From an uncultured Chloroflexia bacterium (GTDB lineage: Bacteria > Chloroflexota > Limnocylindria > Limnocylindrales > CSP1-4): a stretch of DNA of 64,000 nucleotides. A model generated the notes under the pieces. It was not told the DNA's origin and searched no databases. It saw only the letters and a program-made list of their open reading frames with translations. Positions 60,361-64,000 of the stretch are shown here, in pieces. The number at the start of each line of letters is the position of its first letter. The first letter of the stretch is position 1. Both the position numbers and the translations under genes were made by a program. Location of the stretch: NCBI GenBank assembly GCA_963707215.1, contig CAVPPB010000001.1:512001-576000 (forward strand), in the 5' to 3' direction.

Positions 60361-60617
60361 CGCGGGGATTCCTCCGGATGGGACGCCGCATCCCGCCGCT
60401 CGGACGGCCCCTGGGCGATCGTCGCCAGGAAGGCCGCCGTCGAGACCGCGAAGGATCCGCCGTCGACGTGGGACGTGGCGGGGCAGGCACGAGCCGCCTC
60501 GGGGATGCGCGTGTCGAGATGGGCGACCGCCTGGGAGCCGACGGCGATCGCCGCCACGTCCGGGGACCGGGGTCCACGGGACGCGCCGAACAGCCCGGAC
60601 GCTGGGGTCGCGGTCAT
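60357..60617 (-). CDS. Possible small leaderless ORF upstream of the CBS gene
   Basis: ATG about 7 nt after -10-like TACCCT; stop overlaps the CBS start (ATGA); no recognisable motif. Confidence 0.3.
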   Translation of the reverse strand: MTATPASGLFGASRGPRSPDVAAIAVGSQAVAHLDTRIPEAARACPATSHVDGGSFAVSTAAFLATIAQGPSERRDAASHPEESPR

Positions 60618-60623
60618 GCCCCG

Positions 60624-60690
60624 AGGGTATCCCCGACCGGAGTCACCCGCTGGGTGGCCCCGGTCCCGAATCCCGGGGGCCGTTCGGCAC
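60624..60690 (-). promoter_or_regulatory. -10-like hexamer plus tandem DosR-like boxes
   Basis: TACCCT (60629-60624); GTGGCCCCGGTCCC at 60654-60667; GGGCCGTTCGGCAC at 60677-60690. Confidence 0.5.
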
Positions 60691-60746
60691 CGCGCCCTCG
60701 CCCGCCATCCCTGCTCGGGCGTGGCCGTTCGGCGGGCAGGCTCACC

Positions 60747-61337
60747 TCAGCGCCCCGGCAGGGCCTGGACGATGCCTGCCAGCTCCGCGGCGATGCGCTC
60801 AGCGAAGGCGTCCGTCGCCGCGGCGACCGCGGGTGACGGATCGCAGCCGACGTCGAACCGGGCCCCGCCGATCCCCACGAGGACGCCGGGCGGCGGGTCG
60901 CCGCGGAGCGCCGTGGCGAGGGCGACCAGCTGGTCGACCGGCAGGACGTGGCTCGATCGCGGCATGGCCTCCCGGCCGTTCCGCTCGATCCTGCCGGCGG
61001 CCAGGTCGGCCAGCCGCTCGAGCGAAAGGACGACGATCGATCCGGCCGGGATGCCGACGACCGCATCGACGACGATCGCGGCGCCACCGGTGGGCAGCTC
61101 CACGAGGTCGGCGGGGTCGAGCTGGCCGGTCTCGCGGAGCTCGACCAGCTCGCGGGCGGCGCCATCGAGCGCGACGAGGGCACGTCTGGCGGCAGCGAAG
61201 GACACCGAGTCGTCGCCCCGGTGGCGCTCGCCGAGCACGATGATCCGGATCGGGCGCGCGGGGAGGTCGCCCGTCGGACGACCGCCGGCGACGATCCCGG
61301 CCTCGCGGGCCAGGCGACCGAGGGGGTCCTCCATCAA
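60747..61337 (-). CDS. Hydrogenase maturation protease for the group 3b enzyme (divergent)
   Basis: RGDD, IVVDAV, SSH, SPAV; directly after the large subunit. Confidence 0.8.
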   Translation of the reverse strand: MMEDPLGRLAREAGIVAGGRPTGDLPARPIRIIVLGERHRGDDSVSFAAARRALVALDGAARELVELRETGQLDPADLVELPTGGAAIVVDAVVGIPAGSIVVLSLERLADLAAGRIERNGREAMPRSSHVLPVDQLVALATALRGDPPPGVLVGIGGARFDVGCDPSPAVAAATDAFAERIAAELAGIVQALPGR

Positions 61338-62677
61338 CTCGCCCTCCCTGCCTGGCGATCCTGGTCGATGGCCTCGACGCGGAGGTCCAGGAAGTGGGTC
61401 GCGCAGGAGATGCAGGGGTCATAGGCCCGCACGAGCATCTCGAGGCGCTCCCGGGCAGCGTCATGGGGGAGATCGAGGACCTCCGGCGCGAAGCGGGCGA
61501 GGTCGGCCTCGATGGAGGCCTGGTTCTGGCTCGTCGGCGGGACGATCCGGGCCTCGGCCACCAGGCCTCGCTCGTCGACCTCATAGCGGTGGTACAGCAG
61601 ACCGCGAGGCGCCTCGGTGGACCAGGCACAGCGCCCGGGTCGGGGCGACCAGGTGACCCGCGGCTCGGCCGGCGACGCGTAGGCATCGATGAGGTCACGG
61701 GCCTCGGCACAGGCATGGACGAGCTCGACGGCCCGAGCCACGATCGAGCGATGCATGTTGGTCCGGATCTCGTCGGCCAGCCCGGCGGCCCGGAGCGCCT
61801 CGGCGGCCAGCGGGTGGAGGGCGTCCCCGGCCAGGGTCACCCGCGCCGCAGGTCCGAGCAGGTAGATGCGCCCGTCGCGGGTCCGGGCGTGGAGGGCGTT
61901 CGAGCCCTCGACCTGCTCCTCGACGAACGCCTCGTCCCAGGCACCGGTCGGCACGTCGATCCCGTCGCCCGAGACGATCCGGCCATGGCTGAAGGGGTAC
62001 TCGGCCTCGTCACGGAGGCTCACCAGGAGGGGCTCGCGGGTCAGGCCGGGCGTCGGCAGGCCAGCCACGAAGGCGACCGTCTCGGTGGCGAGCCGGACGG
62101 CCTCGTCGAGCCGGGCGCGGACCTCTCCGAGGGCCGCCCGTGACGGCGTCCGGCTGAAGCCGCCGACGCGGACGCTGACCGGGTGGATGCTCCGCCCGCC
62201 GAGGGCCGCCACGAGCTCGTTGCCGACCTTCTTGATCGCCAGGCCCGCGGCGACACGATCGCGATGGTCGGCGGCGAGCGCGATGGCCGACGGGTAGCCG
62301 AGGTAGTCGGGGAGATGGAGCAGGAAGACGTGCAGGGCGTGGCTCTGGATCCACTCGCCCGCGTAGAAGATCCGGCGAAGCGCCCGCACCGCCGGATCGA
62401 CCTCGATGCCGAAGCCATCCTCGAAGGCGTGGACGGCGCTCATCTGGTAGGCCACCGGGCAGATGCCACAGATCCGGGCGACGATGTCGATCACCTCGTC
62501 GGGCGCCCTCCCGACGACCAGCTGCTCGAAGTAGCGGGGCGCCTCGAAGATCGAGAACCGTGACTCGACGACCTCGCCGTCGCGGACGCGCAGCAGGAGC
62601 GAGCCTTCTCCCTCGACACGGGTCAGGTAGCCGGTCCTGTAGACGCGCTCATCGACCGGAGGCTTCGTCGTCGGCAC
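61334..62677 (-). CDS. Group 3b [NiFe]-hydrogenase (sulfhydrogenase) large/alpha subunit
   Basis: TRVEGEG, ARICGICPVAY, EAPRG, PPTSQN, AYDPCISCATH. Confidence 0.93.
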   Translation of the reverse strand: MPTTKPPVDERVYRTGYLTRVEGEGSLLLRVRDGEVVESRFSIFEAPRYFEQLVVGRAPDEVIDIVARICGICPVAYQMSAVHAFEDGFGIEVDPAVRALRRIFYAGEWIQSHALHVFLLHLPDYLGYPSAIALAADHRDRVAAGLAIKKVGNELVAALGGRSIHPVSVRVGGFSRTPSRAALGEVRARLDEAVRLATETVAFVAGLPTPGLTREPLLVSLRDEAEYPFSHGRIVSGDGIDVPTGAWDEAFVEEQVEGSNALHARTRDGRIYLLGPAARVTLAGDALHPLAAEALRAAGLADEIRTNMHRSIVARAVELVHACAEARDLIDAYASPAEPRVTWSPRPGRCAWSTEAPRGLLYHRYEVDERGLVAEARIVPPTSQNQASIEADLARFAPEVLDLPHDAARERLEMLVRAYDPCISCATHFLDLRVEAIDQDRQAGRAS

Positions 62678-62680
62678 CGC

Positions 62681-63601
62681 CTAGCCCTCCCCGCCGGCAG
62701 GTCCGCTCGCGTGACCCTCCCGGCCCGCCGGTCGGTCGCCGAGTGGACGACCCTTCCGGGCCGGTGCCGCTGCCGCGCGGGGACCACCCCGCGCCGTGAT
62801 GGCCGATCGGAACGGCTCGGCGAAGGCCGTGAAGCCGGCGAACAGGCGGGCGACGTCGGTCGGCGGGTTGCCGGCCGACTCGAACCAGGTCGCCAGCTCG
62901 TCGGCGTTGGCGTGCTCCTTGGGGCCGAAGCAGCCGTAGCAGCCGCGACCGAAGGCCGGACAGATGGCGCCGCAGCCGGTCCGCGTCACCGGCCCGAGGC
63001 AGGGTGTTCCATCGACCACCAGCACGCAGGTGATGCCGCGACGCTTGCACTCGAGGCAGACGGCCTCGTCACGGATCTGCGGCCGGCGACCCAGGGAGAG
63101 GGATACGAGCAGCTCGCGGAGCAGTCCAGGAGCGATGGGGCACCCGTGGAGCTCGGCATCGACCGGGACGTGAGCCGCCACCGGGGTCGCCTCGGCGAGC
63201 GACTCGACAAGTTCCGGCCGGGCATATACGGCAGCCCGGATGTCGTCGTGGTCCGCCCAGTTGCGGAGGGCCTGGATGCCGCCCGTCGTCGCACAGGCCC
63301 CGATGGTCACCAGGAGGCGCGCCTGGCGCCGCAGCTCGGCGATCTCGCGGACCTGGTCCGGGGTGCTGATCGAACCCTCGACCAGGAGGACGTCATAGGG
63401 CCCGCTGGAGCGGCGCGAACTGGCCTCGGGGAACTCGACGATCTCGAACCGCTCGGCGATCTCCAGCAGCTCGTCTTCGAGGTCGAGGAGCGTCAGCTGG
63501 CAGCCGTCACACGAGGCGAACTTGACGACCCCGATCCGGAGCCGCGCCGGTCCGGCCGCGGTTCCGAAACCATGGGTCGCGCCCGTCGGCCCGGTCATCA
63601 C
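62681..63601 (-). CDS. Group 3b hydrogenase small/delta subunit
   Basis: KFASCDGCQ, GACA, GCP, VCLECK, CLGPVT..GCGAICP...GCYGCFG. Confidence 0.92.
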   Translation of the reverse strand: MMTGPTGATHGFGTAAGPARLRIGVVKFASCDGCQLTLLDLEDELLEIAERFEIVEFPEASSRRSSGPYDVLLVEGSISTPDQVREIAELRRQARLLVTIGACATTGGIQALRNWADHDDIRAAVYARPELVESLAEATPVAAHVPVDAELHGCPIAPGLLRELLVSLSLGRRPQIRDEAVCLECKRRGITCVLVVDGTPCLGPVTRTGCGAICPAFGRGCYGCFGPKEHANADELATWFESAGNPPTDVARLFAGFTAFAEPFRSAITARGGPRAAAAPARKGRPLGDRPAGREGHASGPAGGEG

Positions 63602-64000
63602 ATGCCCTCCCGGGCGAAGACGTGGGAGAGCTGGGCCAGGGAGAAGACCGGGCCGTCACGGCAGATGAAGAAGGGCCCCAGCTGGCAGTGGCCGCACAGG
63701 CCGATGCCGCACTCCATATGTCGCTCCATCGTCACGAAGACCCGGTCGGGCGTGAGACCGCGCTCGTAGAGGGCCTCCGCCGTAGCGGCCATCATCCGCT
63801 CGGGGCCGCAGACGAAAGCCACGGCCCGCGAGCCGTCCCAGGTCGCCCGATCGAAGAGGTGGGTCACGATGCCGACCGGGCCCGTCCAGCCGGACTCGAC
63901 CCCCGCCCGGTCGACCGTCACGGCCACCTCGAAGTCGTCCCGGCCGGCGAGCCGCTCGAGATCGTCGGCGAACAGGAGGTCCCGGGGCGTCCGGGCCCCG
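63598..64000 (-). CDS. Group 3b hydrogenase gamma subunit (FAD/NAD(P), 2Fe-2S), 5' truncated
   Basis: GARTP, VCGPERMM, MECGIGLCGHCQ...ICRDGPVF. Confidence 0.9.
   Translation of the reverse strand, partial: GARTPRDLLFADDLERLAGRDDFEVAVTVDRAGVESGWTGPVGIVTHLFDRATWDGSRAVAFVCGPERMMAATAEALYERGLTPDRVFVTMERHMECGIGLCGHCQLGPFFICRDGPVFSLAQLSHVFAREGM

Noticed and set aside
34092-64000. The island as a mobile element
   Set aside because: No integrase, transposase, tRNA att site or obvious compositional shift is visible.

Overview
High-GC bacterial chromosomal window with about 67 CDS. No rRNA, tRNA, CRISPR array, integrase or transposase was seen. The gene content looks Chloroflexota-like or actinobacterial, but taxonomy cannot be established from this sequence. 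Bases 1-26 kb hold mixed housekeeping and stress genes: GH31, cystathionine beta-synthase, two acyltransferases, lgt, ECF sigma/anti-sigma, ferritin-like-VIT1, sufBD-Rieske, MarR-RND, YcaQ, OsmC, a PTE-like hydrolase, a flavoprotein and a class III aminotransferase. The first 5.5 kb has many frameshifts, most likely sequencing errors. Bases 26-33.5 kb hold an OmpR-type two-component pair and an HtrA-MoxR-DUF58-VWA operon. Bases 34-64 kb form an apparent anaerobiosis island: ArsR-DsrE-TusA-DsrE2-TusA-SQR sulfur relay, a group 1 [NiFe]-hydrogenase with hyp genes, YbaK, a Vor-type 2-oxoacid:ferredoxin oxidoreductase, archease-RtcB-AmrS-AmrB, CaCA plus a P-type ATPase, a CBS protein, and a group 3b hydrogenase. 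The strongest signal is a recurring 14-bp palindrome GGG(A/C)C-N4-G(G/T)CCC in most promoter regions of this island. It often occurs in arrays phased at 22 bp and resembles the mycobacterial DosR/DevR box, and the island's gene set overlaps the mycobacterial DosR regulon. A candidate structured ncRNA lies at 33.6-34.0 kb.
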